Notes: generated by a model from the letters alone, not told the origin. A stretch of DNA of 64,000 bases from Nannocystis pusilla (GCF_026626665.1 NZ_JAPNKE010000002.1:1293204-1357203), one strand, 5' to 3'. Positions 1 through 9,695 are shown, counted from the first letter of the stretch. Numbers and translations: made by a program.

Positions 1-12
1 CGAACGCGCTCG

Positions 13-109
13 GATGATTCGGAGCGCGGGCCGGAGATGTCCGCGGGAACATGTCACTCGAATGATTCGGAGCGCGCGGACGGGGATGTCCGCGGGGATA
101 TGTCACTCG
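13..109. repeat. 49-bp tandem direct repeat x2 (about 85% identity), each copy carrying two 14-bp phased ATGTCC/RRACAT sites
   Basis: Units 13-60 and 61-109 (ATGATTCGGAGCGCG...GATGTCCGCGGG.A.ATGTCACTCG). Immediately 3' of the lipoprotein gene that ends at 103. Confidence 0.75.
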
Positions 110-1601
110 CGGCGGCCGTGCCAGATCGAGCGGTCGCCGACCTGGTACTGGCCGCACACGGCGAACTCGAGCGCGCCGGCCGGGGCGGGCTGGTAGGTCG
201 GGGATTCGACGTAGATCGCGGACGGGGCGGCGAAGCCGGGGCCGGGGCTGGTGACGTCGACGATCTCGGCGCTCGCCCAGTCGACCGGCCCGCCGCGTCG
301 GGTCGGCGCTCGCAGCATCTGGACGCCCTGGCCGCTGGCGCTGCCGCGGACGAGCCACAGGCGGTCGTCTGCGGGCCGGAGGAAGCGAGCGCGGTAGGTG
401 TCCGGGAACACGTGCAGCGGGGCGGTGTGCCCGGCCCAGCCGGCGCCGGCGGGGCGGTGATAGTAGGCGACGACGCCGTCGAAGTAGGCGAGCACGTGGG
501 TGTCGCCGGCGCCGTCGTAAAACAGGTCGGCGCCGCTGCGGACCTGCGCGGCGGGGTCGGGTGGCTCGAGGGACATAAACGTCGGGACCTGTCCCAAGGT
601 GACGTCGGCGACCACCGCGGCGTAGGTGCCGTCAGGGTACTGGCCGGTGAAGGTCTGGCCGACCAGCGCCAGCTGGCCGCCGGGCGTGGCCATGGCGTGG
701 ACGTAGCCGAGGTCGTTGGCGCCGCCGAGGTCGACCTCGACCGGGCCGTTCCAGCCGCCGCCGAAGTTGTAGGTGTAGACCCAGCGACCGGGGCCGCCGC
801 CCTCGCCGACGACGGTAAACCACGCGACGCGGGCGCCGGGGCCGAGCACCGCGGCGCCGACGTATTCGAGGCGGGCGGGGTGGTGTAGACCTGGCCGCTG
901 ACGAGCACCGCGTTGCAGGCGTGCACCGACGGATCGGCGGTGTCGAGGTAGCACTCCTCGAGGAAGTGCTGCTGGATGTTGACGCCGTAGGTGAGGATCG
1001 TCGAGCCGACCAGCACGCTGGCGGCGTTCTGCTGGATCCCCTCGGTGTGCGGTTGTTCGGCGACGAGGCTCCACGCGGGCTCGCCGGCGCCGCGGCGGAA
1101 GTAGCGGATCGTGCGGTTGTGGTACACGTCCTCGCCGGCGTCGACGTGAAACCACAGGCTGTCGTCGGGCGCGCGCATGAGGCCGCGCAGGTGCGGTCCC
1201 CAACCGCCGTGCATCTCGACGTAGGCGCGGTTGTCGTCGGTGATGAGCGTCAGGGCGACCTCCGGCGGCGGAATGGCCCCGGTGGTGCCGGCGGCGGTGG
1301 TGCCCGTGGTCGTGGGGTTCGGTTCGTCGCCGGTGGTCGAGGTGGAGATGGGCTCGCCGGTGGTGGTGGTGGTCGTCGTCGTGGCGACCTCGGTGGTAGC
1401 GAACGTGGTGGATGGATCGGCGGCGGTGGTGCCGGAGGACGTGAGCGGAGGATTGTCGGTGGCGCCGGCGCCGTTCGCCGGACAACCGGCGAGCAGCAGC
1501 GCGGCTGCGAGGCGGAGCGATCGAGGGACACGCGGGTGGCGGACGCCAGCCTCGGCGGTGGGCATGGCGGCAGTGTGACGCGAGGTCGCGCGCGGGCTCA
1601 A
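103..1601 (-). CDS. Secreted lipoprotein with Thr-rich linker and a beta-rich C-terminal domain. Reading frame breaks near 870-885, switching from the 54..1601 frame to the 103..1485 frame in a G-run.
   Basis: Signal peptide with lipobox (LLLAGC). TTTTTTTT linker. The N-terminal half is plausible only in the 54..1601 frame and the C-terminal half only in the 103..1485 frame. The junction lies in gcgggcgggg. Confidence 0.55.
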
Positions 1602-1644
1602 GTCGCGGCCCGGCGCGAGGACGCGCCGGGCGAGCGGCCGGCCC

Positions 1645-2436
1645 TCAGAAGCCGCAGCAGGTCGCTGCCTTGTCGACGATGGCGTCGCCCGCGTCGCAGA
1701 CGCCCTCGGCCGCGCACTCGCCGACGGTCACGCCGTCCTCGAGGCAGGTGCAGGTCTGAGCGTCGCAGACCATCCGCTGCACCGGCCCGTCGGGGCACTC
1801 GAGCTGGACCTCGCACTCGTCGCCGCCGCCGATCACGCTCTGGGCGCACTCGTCCCCGGCGCAGGCGTCGGTGACCGCGGCCTTCTGCTCGCTGCACATC
1901 GCGCTGTTCTCGTCGACGGACGCCAGCAGGTCGTCGCAGCTCAAGCCGGTGAAGCAGGCGAGGACGGCGAGGTTAGCCTGCTTGCATTCGCCGGCGAGTC
2001 CCCACTGATTGTCGCTGCAGCCGTCGATGCAGCCGGCGAGGTCCGGCTGGAAGCCGCACTCGCCCCAGCGCTCGCAGTAGGCCTGGCAGGCGTTCAGGGC
2101 GTCGGGATCGAGGCCGCCGGTGGTGGTGTCGGCGTCGGTGGTCGCGCCGGTGTCGGTCGACGGACCGCCGGTGGTCGCGTCGGTGGTCGCGTCGGTGGTC
2201 GCGTCGGTGGTCGCGTCGGTGGTGATCTCGCCGTCGCTGACGCTGGTGGTGGGAATGGCCCCGGTGGTGGCCTCGCTGGCGCTGGTCGGCGACTCGTCGG
2301 TGGTCGCGGCGGTGTCGTCGGTGGTCGGCCCGTCCGCAGTCGCGGCGGTGGTGTCCCCGGGGCCGTCGCCGTCGTCGCCGCAGGCGCCGGTGAAGAGGAG
2401 CATCGCAAAGGTAGAGACGAAGATTCGTGCTGACAT
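1645..2436 (-). CDS. Cys-rich secreted lipoprotein with TDATT repeats
   Basis: ATG at 2434-2436 (complement) gives MSARIFVSTFAMLLFTGAC. TDATTDATTDATT low-complexity linker. C-terminal domain with about 20 Cys. Upstream part of ORF 1645..2658 is Arg/Pro junk. Confidence 0.7.
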   Translation of the reverse strand: MSARIFVSTFAMLLFTGACGDDGDGPGDTTAATADGPTTDDTAATTDESPTSASEATTGAIPTTSVSDGEITTDATTDATTDATTDATTGGPSTDTGATTDADTTTGGLDPDALNACQAYCERWGECGFQPDLAGCIDGCSDNQWGLAGECKQANLAVLACFTGLSCDDLLASVDENSAMCSEQKAAVTDACAGDECAQSVIGGGDECEVQLECPDGPVQRMVCDAQTCTCLEDGVTVGECAAEGVCDAGDAIVDKAATCCGF

Positions 2437-2834
2437 GATAATCCTACGGGGTGCTGCGATTCGCGGGCCCGAAGCCGGCCGCGTCGCCGCGCCACGCCGG
2501 AGTAGCTGCGAGAGGCGCAGCAGCGGATCACGCCGGGGGCGAGCAGGGCCCGTCGCGTCCGCACGCGGGGGCGCGGGCGACGGTGAAACCAATCGGTCGG
2601 GCGCCTCGGTGATGCGAAATGCCACAGGTCTCGTGTGCGCCCGGCCGGTGACCCTCACCTTCGCGCACCGGGGGCAGCGGCGCGTTCGTGAGCGGCGCCC
2701 GGGGACTGTCTGCCCGCGCTCGGCGAGGTATCACGCCGTCGCTCGTGCGATGGCGCGGATGCATATCGGTGAGAGAGCCACGCGCTGTCGGCTCGGACGA
2801 GGAGAGGTGCTGCGGCGCGCCCGAGCGAGCCTCG

Positions 2835-2902
2835 TGACATGTCCATCGAGAAATGTCCATATGGTAATGTCGAATGAGACATGTCTTATCGTACATGTCT
2901 GA
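2835..2902. repeat. Array of 5 ATGTCY units at 15/14/14/14-bp spacing, including palindromes AGACATGTCT and TACATGT
   Basis: ATGTCC at 2838 and 2853, ATGTCG at 2867, ATGTCT at 2881 and 2895. Member of the 14-bp periodic RGACATGTCY family. Lies in the divergent intergenic region. Confidence 0.8.
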
Positions 2903-3054
2903 GAGAGCACGTCGGGTCCGGGCGAGCCCATTAAAGGAGGCCGTGCGACGCCTGGCGCGAAATGCGCAATCGGCCGCTGACATGTACGAAAGTGCAGGTC
3001 GGATCGATATCGCGCGCCTGCTCTGGAAGGCCGCCGGGGGCCGGAAATTCTCGC

Positions 3055-3083
3055 TTGACGGCTTACTACACCTGTAGTACTAC
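3055..3083 (+). promoter_or_regulatory. Putative blaI promoter (TTGACG-17-TACTAC) with an overlapping BlaI/CopY-type operator TACTACAccTGTAGTA at 3064-3079
   Basis: The inverted repeat contains TACAnnTGTA, the consensus box of the BlaI/MecI/CopY family. It overlaps the -10 element immediately upstream of the repressor gene. Confidence 0.6.
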
Positions 3084-3094
3084 GCTTGTCGTTC

Positions 3095-3495
3095 ATGGGT
3101 GAGGTACTCCAGCTCAGCGATCTGCAGCTCGGCCTGCTGCGGATCTTGTGGGACCGCGGGGAGGCGACGGCGCTCGAGGTGCATGCGGCTCTGGTCGAGC
3201 AAGACCGGGGCTCGCGCCGACGACGGTGTCGACGATGCTGTCGCGATTGGAGAAGAAGGGGACCCTCGCGCACCGCACGGAGGGCCGGCAGTTCATCTAC
3301 CGGGCGCTCGTGTGCGAGGGGGACGTGAGGCGCTCGATGCTGGGCAGGCTCACCGATTACTTCTTCGGCGGGGACGTGGCGGCGCTGGTCAGCCACCTCG
3401 TCGAAGGCCGCTGCGTCGAACCGGACGACGTCGCGCGCCTGCAACAACTAGTGGCCGAACGATCCGGCGGAGCTGAGGAACACGACGATGTTTGA
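3095..3495 (+). CDS. blaI: BlaI/MecI/CopY family transcriptional repressor; frameshifted near 3205 by one G missing in a GGGG run
   Basis: N-terminus MGEVLQLSDLQLGLLRILWDRGEATALEVHAALVEQDRG in the 3086 frame. Continuation LAPTTVSTMLSRLEKKGTLAHRTEGRQFIYRALV in the 3148 frame. Inserting one G restores a contiguous BlaI-like protein. Confidence 0.75.
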
Positions 3496-5659
3496 TCTTG
3501 CGATCGATCCTGCCGGCCTCGCCGGTCTCGCGGCGCCTGCCGCTCACACGACGGTGAGCTGGCTCGGCACCTACTTTGTCCACTCGACGGTGCTCATCGG
3601 CGGCGTGTGGATGTTCAGCCGCTTCCTGCCGCTCGACGCGCTGACCCGCAGCTTGCTGTGGAAGACATCGCTGGTCGGCGGGCTGTTCACGGCGACGCTG
3701 CAGACGGGGCTCGGCGTCGAACCGATGTTCGGCCGCGTCACCGTGGCGGCCAGCAGCCCTGACCTGGGCGCGCCGACGACGGCTCCGGCGCCGCCGCCGG
3801 TGGTCGAGGAGGAGCCGGCGACGCTGCTGGTGCCGTTCACCCGCGCGTGCGTCGGTTGCGAGTCGCACGTGGTGGTCGTCCGCGACGACGACTTCACGGC
3901 AGTGTTCGCCTCGCCGCCGCTGTTCGTCGACGCGCCGGGCTGGGCGGTCGCGCCGACGCCGGCGCCGATGGCCGCGCCGACGACCGCGGCCGCGCCGATG
4001 CAGATCGCGACCGCGGGTCCGGTCGGGGGCGTGAGCGCGGCGGTGTGGGCGTTCGCGGGGCTGTTCGTGTTCGGCGCCGCGGCCTCGCTCGGCCGGCTGG
4101 GGATGACGTTCTCTCGCCTGCGCCGCGGGCTCCGCGGTCGTCGCCTGCTCGGCTCGGGCTCGCTGCGCGAGCGGCTGACGCGGCTGCTGGCCCACGCGCG
4201 GCTGCCCGGCCACAGCGTCACGCTGAGCGAGTCGACGGACATCAGCTCGCCGGTCGCCCTCACCGGCCGCGAGATCGTGGTGCCGGAGCAGGTGCGTGAG
4301 CTGGCGCCGCGGCAGCAGGAGGCGATGCTGGCCCACGAGCTGGCCCACGTGCTGCGCCGCGATCCGGCGTGGCAGGTGCTGGCGGCGTTCGTCGAGTCGC
4401 TGCTGTTCTTTCAGCCGCTCAATCGGGTGGCCCGCCGCGGGATGCAGGAGGCGGCGGAGGAGCTGTGCGACGACTGGGCGGTCCGTCACACCGGCTCGGA
4501 GGTGCACCTGGCGCGTTGCCTGGCCGAGGTCGCGGCGTGGCCTGGTCATCGGGACATGTCGGCGTTCGCCAGCCCGATGGCGGGCCACGCCTCGCAGCTG
4601 GTGCGCCGGGTGAAGCGGCTGCTCGACGTGCAGCTGCGCGACCGCGGGCTGTGGGCGCGGCGCTGGCGGGTGGCGCTCGGCGCAGCGCTGCTGGCGATGG
4701 TGACGTTCGGCGCGCCCGGGCTGTCGATCGCGGCCGAGGCGCAAGGTGGGCCGGAGTGGCCGACGTTGCCCGACAACGGGCCGGCGCCGCAGCCGACGCT
4801 GTCGTTCGTCCACGTGCCCGAGACGCCGATCGTGGCCGTGCGGACGCCGCACGACCACGCGGTGCACGGGCACGAGATCATCGTCGTCGAGCATGCGCAG
4901 GATCTGACCCGCAAGCAGAAACGCTTGCTGCGCCGGGCCGAGCGGCACGCCCGCAAGGCGGCCAAGCTGCGCGCCAAGAGCGGGCTGTACGCGGTGCCGG
5001 CGACCCACGCGGTGTACGTGCCGGTGTCGCACATGACGCCGCCGACGCCGCCGACGCCGCCGACGCCGCCGACGCCGCCGACGCCGCCGAGCTTCAAGGT
5101 CGTGGTCGCGCACGACCACGACGACTGCGACGACGACGATCACGACGTGATGGTCCGGCCGATCGCCGTGCCGCACGTGGCGGTCCACCCGCACGTGTTC
5201 CACGTGCCGGACATCGACGAGGAGGCGATCGCGGCGCAGGCCGAGGCGATCGCGGCCCAGGTCGAAGCCCAGCTCGAGGGCCTCGACGAGCAGATCGAGC
5301 GCGAGCTGGAGAGCATCGACTTCGACAAGATCGCGGCCGACGTGCAGCGCGGGGTCCAGGCGTCGCTCCGCGGCGTCGAGAGGGCGCGCGAGCAGGCGGA
5401 CCGGGCGCGCGAGCGGGCGGACCGGGCGCGTGAGCAGGGCGATCGGGCGCGCGAGCAGGGTGAGCGGGCGCGCGAGCGGGCCGAGCGGGCGCGCGAGCGG
5501 GCCGAGCGGCAGGCCGAGAAAGGCCGCCGCAAGGCCGACACCTCGCGGGCCGCAGCTGCGGTCCGCAGCGCGGTCGACGAGGCCCTGCGCGACGGGGTGA
5601 TCGACGCCGAGGAGCAGCGCAAGATCAGCGAGGCGGCCCGCCAGGCCCGCGTGAAGTGA
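3488..5659 (+). CDS. blaR1: BlaR1/MecR1-like M56 family membrane metalloprotease (anti-repressor) with an atypical C-terminal domain
   Basis: Four TM segments. HELAHV zincin motif in an M56 context. Overlaps the blaI stop. The C-terminus has TPP x5, His/Asp-rich blocks and a coiled-coil RAREQAD x6 instead of a penicillin-binding domain. Confidence 0.8.
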   Translation: MFDLAIDPAGLAGLAAPAAHTTVSWLGTYFVHSTVLIGGVWMFSRFLPLDALTRSLLWKTSLVGGLFTATLQTGLGVEPMFGRVTVAASSPDLGAPTTAPAPPPVVEEEPATLLVPFTRACVGCESHVVVVRDDDFTAVFASPPLFVDAPGWAVAPTPAPMAAPTTAAAPMQIATAGPVGGVSAAVWAFAGLFVFGAAASLGRLGMTFSRLRRGLRGRRLLGSGSLRERLTRLLAHARLPGHSVTLSESTDISSPVALTGREIVVPEQVRELAPRQQEAMLAHELAHVLRRDPAWQVLAAFVESLLFFQPLNRVARRGMQEAAEELCDDWAVRHTGSEVHLARCLAEVAAWPGHRDMSAFASPMAGHASQLVRRVKRLLDVQLRDRGLWARRWRVALGAALLAMVTFGAPGLSIAAEAQGGPEWPTLPDNGPAPQPTLSFVHVPETPIVAVRTPHDHAVHGHEIIVVEHAQDLTRKQKRLLRRAERHARKAAKLRAKSGLYAVPATHAVYVPVSHMTPPTPPTPPTPPTPPTPPSFKVVVAHDHDDCDDDDHDVMVRPIAVPHVAVHPHVFHVPDIDEEAIAAQAEAIAAQVEAQLEGLDEQIERELESIDFDKIAADVQRGVQASLRGVERAREQADRARERADRAREQGDRAREQGERARERAERARERAERQAEKGRRKADTSRAAAAVRSAVDEALRDGVIDAEEQRKISEAARQARVK
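5036..5520 (+). repeat. In-frame coding tandem repeats inside blaR1: 9-bp x5 encoding TPP, and 21-bp x6 encoding RAREQAD
   Basis: acgccgccg x5 at 5036-5085. gaccgggcgcgcgagcaggcg-like units at about 5395-5520. Confidence 0.8.
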
Positions 5660-5671
5660 GGCGGTAGTTTC

Positions 5672-5751
5672 GCAGATGTCCGAGGGGACATGCTCGTGCG
5701 AGCATGTCCTCTTTTTCATGGCCCTACGGGCATGTCCTTTCGGGCATGTCC
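5672..5751. repeat. Six-unit 14-bp periodic array of RGACATGTCY palindromes
   Basis: Palindrome centres at 5676.5, 5690.5, 5704.5, 5718.5 (degenerate), 5732.5 and 5746.5. Units are cagATGTCC, GGACATGCTC, GAGCATGTCC, GGGCATGTCC x2. Confidence 0.85.
5686..5717 (+). terminator. Intrinsic terminator of blaR1: GGACATGCTCG-tg-CGAGCATGTCC followed by TCTTTTTC
   Basis: 11-bp perfect stem, short loop, T5 run, 27 nt after the blaR1 stop. The stem is built from array units. Confidence 0.75.
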
Positions 5752-5842
5752 GGCAGGCCGGGCGCGCTCGCGGCCTGCGGGGCGCGCGGCCGGAGATGCG
5801 CGGCCGCGCGGGTCGGCGCGGAGACCGAGCGCGGTCGCGCGG

Positions 5843-6397
5843 TCAGGGGGCTGCCCAGGTGCAGGGGTCGGGCGTGGTCTCGCCGCCGGCGGTGGGATCG
5901 GCGGGCAAGTCGAGGGAGACGACGATGCGGTCCTGCAGCTTGATCGCGCCGGCCAGCGCCTTGTACGGTGCGATGCCCCATTGCGAGGGCACGAGCGTGA
6001 AGTCGGCGCGCAGGCGGTCGCCCTCGACGCGGACCGGGGCGCGCACCGGGGCTGTCCTTCCGAGCATGACCAATCGGCCATCCAGGACGCCGCCGGGGGT
6101 GAGCGCGCCGGTGAAGCTGACCTCCGGGTGCTGCGCGGTCAGCAGGATCTCGTCGGTGATGTTGCGCTGGATCTTGGCCTTGTCGCCGGCGCCGAGGCCG
6201 TCGACGTCGACGCGCCCGTCCTTGCCGACGACGCCGTCGACCCTCAAGGTGGCCGGCCAGAAGCGACCGCTGAGCGCGGTGCCATCGCGGCGGATCTCGA
6301 AGCGACCCAGCGACAGCCGGAGATCGTGGGCGAGCCGCGCGAGCAGGCCGTCCTTGAAAGTGAAGACGTGGATCTTGCCTTTGTCCTGCGTGGTCAT
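5843..6397 (-). CDS. YceI-like family protein
   Basis: MTTQDKGKIHVFTFKDGLLARLAHDLRL...FTLVPSQWGIAPYKALAGAIKLQDRIVVSLDL. ATG at 6395-6397 (complement). Upstream part of the ORF is Arg-rich junk. Confidence 0.8.
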   Translation of the reverse strand: MTTQDKGKIHVFTFKDGLLARLAHDLRLSLGRFEIRRDGTALSGRFWPATLRVDGVVGKDGRVDVDGLGAGDKAKIQRNITDEILLTAQHPEVSFTGALTPGGVLDGRLVMLGRTAPVRAPVRVEGDRLRADFTLVPSQWGIAPYKALAGAIKLQDRIVVSLDLPADPTAGGETTPDPCTWAAP

Positions 6398-6417
6398 GGG
6401 AATTCCCGGTCCATTGC

Positions 6418-6687
6418 CTACGTTGCCAGTCCGTCGCCAAACGGGCCGGCAGGCGTCGGGTCGAGGGCGGCCACCGCGAGGGCAGCCATCTCCATATCGT
6501 GGATGTGGACGCAGTTGCGCATCGTCGTTTCGAGCGTGCTGTGACGGGCTAGCTTCTGCAAGGCCAGCGGGGGCACACCGGCCTGCGCGGCGAGCGTCGA
6601 GGCGGTGTGTCGGCTCATGGGAGGGCCCTTGGGCGCAACACCCGCTGCTCGCTGGATGGCATGGACCCGAGTGGCGAGGGAGTCCGG
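6418..6687 (-). pseudogene. Tyrosine recombinase (phage integrase) C-terminal remnant
   Basis: ...PPMSRHTASTLAAQAGVPPLALQKLARHSTLETTMRNCVHI matches integrase box II (RHT...LLGHS..TT..Y.H) with the catalytic Tyr replaced by Cys. Only about 90 codons in frame, immediately after the stop of the upstream gene. Confidence 0.5.
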
Positions 6688-7386
6688 CTAGCCGAAGATC
6701 CGCGACCAGAGGCTCGTCTTCGGGCTCGGCGGCGCCGCCAGGTCGACGAAGCCGGTCAGGCTGTCCTCCGGGCCGTTGGCGAAGAACTTCATCGCCTTGG
6801 CCAGGACGTAGAGCTGGGCGGGCTCGGAGCGGAAACGGGATGCGAAGGCGAAGGGGACGACGCCGGCCTGGTCGCAGCGGATCCATCGCCCACCGGCGAC
6901 CTTCCGCAGAGCCTCACCGGCGAAGGCGCCGAGGTCGAACACGGCCCGCCAGTAGGCCGGGTCGTCGGTGAGCGGGGGACGAGCCAGCTCCGTCTCGAGC
7001 TGCAACAGGTGGTCGCCCGTGAATTCCAGGTTGCGTTCGGCCGCGACTCTTTGCGCGATCCGGGATAGGGCGAGGTCGGCGATGTCCTCGGGCGCGCGCA
7101 GGCCGTCGTGGGGGATGAGGCTCGACTTGTGGATCAGATACCCGCCCGCCGAAGCGACGGCCTCTTGTACCGGATCCGGCGGCACCTCGGCGAAGACGTA
7201 GTGGAGCCGGGGCCGACCCTCCGGCTTCATGCGCAGCGGGTTCAGCGTCCGGACCAGCGCGAACAGCGTCGAGTAGTCGAGGTCTTGCGCGATCTCGGAG
7301 GCCGGGCGCTCGTCCGTCTGGACGAAGCAGGTCTCGCCATCTTCTGCCCGGAAACTTCCGTGGGCCGTCTTCAGAGATCCGTACAT
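6688..7386 (-). CDS. Hypothetical protein (232 aa)
   Basis: Protein-like sequence from MYGSLKTAHGSFRAEDGETCFVQTDERPASEIAQDL... to the stop at 6688. ATG at 7384-7386 (complement). No recognisable domain. Confidence 0.55.
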   Translation of the reverse strand: MYGSLKTAHGSFRAEDGETCFVQTDERPASEIAQDLDYSTLFALVRTLNPLRMKPEGRPRLHYVFAEVPPDPVQEAVASAGGYLIHKSSLIPHDGLRAPEDIADLALSRIAQRVAAERNLEFTGDHLLQLETELARPPLTDDPAYWRAVFDLGAFAGEALRKVAGGRWIRCDQAGVVPFAFASRFRSEPAQLYVLAKAMKFFANGPEDSLTGFVDLAAPPSPKTSLWSRIFG

Positions 7387-7497
7387 GGGCTCGCTCCCGG
7401 CCAAGCTACAGCGCCGGCGAGCCCGCGGTCCACGCCGAAGCGGCGACTCGCCTCGCTCCGGCTTGACGGCGCGGGCGGGCCGCGAGACAGCTACGGC

Positions 7498-8100
7498 ATG
7501 ACGGACGCACGCCTGCTCGACCTCATGCTCGCCCGCCGCAGCGCCCCCGTGTTGAAGGAACCGGGCCCGAGCCGCGCCGAGCTCGCGCGCATCCTCGCGG
7601 CCGCGGGTACGGTGCCCGACCACGGCTCGCTGCGGCCGTTCCGCTTCGTGGTGGCGGAGGGGGAAGGGCGGGCGGCCTTCGGCGACGCTCTGGCCGAGAC
7701 TGCGGCCGAACACCGCCCGGGGATGCCGGCGGCAGGGCTCGAGAAGATCCGCGCCAAGGCGTTCCGCTCGCCGACGCTCGTCGCCGTGATCGCCTCGCCG
7801 CGCAACGACAAGATCGAGCGCTGGGAGCAGCACGCGACCGCCGCCTGCGCCGGCTATGCGGTGGTCCTCGCCGCCCACGCGCTCGGCGTCGGCGCCAACT
7901 GGAAGAGCGTGCCGTTCACCCGCGGCGCGGCGCTGACCCGCGTCCTCGGCCTGAGCGCCGAGGAGGAGATGTTCGGGTGGATCCACCTCGGCCGCGCCAG
8001 CGACGAGGCCGCCCCGGCCCCGCGTCCTCCGCTGGTCCTGGCCGACTTCGCCAGCGTGCTCGACGGCAGCGGCGCGCGCCGGGCCTTCGACGAGCAGTGA
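7498..8100 (+). CDS. Nitroreductase family protein
   Basis: MTDARLLDLMLARRSAPVLKEPGPSRAELARILAAAGTVPDHGSLRPFRFVV...NWKSVPF... ATG at 7498. Confidence 0.8.
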   Translation: MTDARLLDLMLARRSAPVLKEPGPSRAELARILAAAGTVPDHGSLRPFRFVVAEGEGRAAFGDALAETAAEHRPGMPAAGLEKIRAKAFRSPTLVAVIASPRNDKIERWEQHATAACAGYAVVLAAHALGVGANWKSVPFTRGAALTRVLGLSAEEEMFGWIHLGRASDEAAPAPRPPLVLADFASVLDGSGARRAFDEQ

Positions 8101-8258
8101 CGCCGAAGCGATCGAGGAGCCGTCGCTCCTCCGCCACGGGCCCGAGCTGACGGCTCTCGGTCTGGGTCCACGCGGTGGTGCGCGGGCCGCTCGTCGATCG
8201 GCGGTGACGCGACGGTTCGCCCGGACCTCGGACGCGCTGCCGCGCTCGACGCCGACGA

Positions 8259-9300
8259 CTACTGCGCCATCTGGATGCTCGAGATGTTGTCGTTGATGCC
8301 CGTGGTCATGAAACCGTCCGTGGGCAGCGAGTCGACCTTCGAGTGCGGCGGCAGCTGGAGGCTCCCCTGGGAGAACGAGGGGTGCCAGAAGGTGAGCAGC
8401 CGGCGCGCGCTGTTGTTGCGCATCGACGAGATGCTGTCGTTCTCGATGCCCATGCTCTCCGCGTTCGCGTACGACTCGTCGCCGGGCAGCACCACGCAGT
8501 CGCCGGTGCCGTGGGGGTTCTCGAACAGCGCGATCTCCCCTCGCGCAGATCGTCGCACAGCTGCGAGCGGTTGGCCGGCTCGACCCGGATCGACGTGATC
8601 TTGTCGTTGAAGCCGCCGATGCCCCCGGCCATCGTCCCGGGCGCGTAGGCGTTCCAGTCGCCGGCGAACACCGGGTCCTTGAAGATCCGGGCCCGCACCG
8701 CGCTGCCGACCTTGATCGCGCTGATGGCGTCGTTACCGACCACCAAGTTGGCCGCGTAGGGATAGAAGCCCGCGACCAGCACGGCGCACTGGCCGGTGAA
8801 GTTTGGGTCGCGGTAGACGATGACCTCGTGCGGCAAAGGGTTGCGCGCGCAGTTGGTCGCGGCGGCGGTGAGGATCGAGTGCGGCCAACCCTTCACCTCG
8901 GGCGGAGGCGGCGGCGGCGTCGGCTGGAACACGCCGCCCGTCGGGATGTTGACCGGGGCTTGATGACATGGCCTGCGGGCGTCATCGTCGGCGCCGTCGT
9001 CGGCGAGGTCGTCGGCGCCGTCGGCGTCACGCCTGGTTCCAGCGCGCCGCCCTGTTTCGGCGCGTGGACGCCGGGCTTGTGGACCTTGCCCGCGGGCGCC
9101 GGCGCGGGCGTCGTCGGCGTGGCGCTCGGCGCCGGGGAGGGCGTCGTCGGCGTGACGCTCGGCTCCAGCGCGCCGCCCTCCTTCGGGGGGTGGACGCCGG
9201 GCTTGATGGGCTTGCCCGCGGACGCCGGCGAGGCGCCGACCAGGACCGCGGCGAGGAGGAGCAGCACGGAAGCAGCGCACCGATCGAACCGGACCATCAT
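8259..9300 (-). CDS. Protein S-like secreted protein: signal peptide, KPGVHxPKxGGALEP proline-rich repeats, two beta-gamma-crystallin (Greek-key) domains. Two apparent frameshifts near 8540 and 8950.
   Basis: Frames 8893..9897, 8306..9280 and 8259..8558 each carry a consecutive plausible segment: MMVRFDRCAASVLLLLAAVLVGASPASA...; HEVIVYRDPNFTGQCAVLVAGFYPYAANLVVGNDAISAIKVG; GEIALFENPHGTGDCVVLPGDESYANAESMGIENDSISSMR. Both junctions are one-base-short G/C runs. Confidence 0.65.
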
Positions 9301-9592
9301 CGAATCTCCTGACGCGACTCGTCGAGACGCGGCGCGGCGCCGATCTCGACCGCCTCGCAGGCTACCGCAAGCCGGGCGAGCGCCCATGCCCGCACAATCG
9401 CGCAACGCCTCGCGAACGGGCTTTGCGGCCCCGTCGCGGCCGCGGACGCCCGACGTGAGCGCTCTCGGGGACCGGCCACCTCGCCGCCCGCAGGCGTCGG
9501 CACGGGCGCGCACGCGCACGCGCGAGGTCGCCGGTGAATGACGGCAGAGGCCGCTCGCGGCGGTGCCGGGTCGACGAGCGCACGCTGGATGG

Positions 9593-9695
9593 AAGATGTC
9601 CTGAAAGACATGCTTGCATCGACAATGACAACAGGGCCGCGCGTGCCGCGGCCAGCCTGCGCATGCTCGTATGAACATGTCTTGAAGGCCATGCG
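9593..9695. repeat. Two 3-unit 14-bp periodic CATG-centred arrays
   Basis: Centres at 9596.5, 9610.5, 9625.5 and at 9663.5, 9677.5, 9691.5. Includes gATGTCCtgaaaGACATgc and gaACATGTCTtg. Confidence 0.7.

Noticed and set aside
2874-3077. 67-aa ORF upstream of blaI covering the ATGTCY array
   Set aside because: Starts inside the repeat array, has no SD and no homology signal. Better explained as regulatory intergenic sequence.
3389-5719. Long Arg/Pro/Ala-rich ORFs antisense or off-frame to real genes (e.g. 3389..5719 -, 15863..17743 -, 16741..19332 +, 10340..12769 +, 12741..13787 -, 36664..38253 +, 58410..60119 -)
   Set aside because: Low-complexity composition typical of stop-codon-poor alternative frames in 70% GC DNA. 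Each overlaps a gene with clear domain architecture on the other strand or frame.
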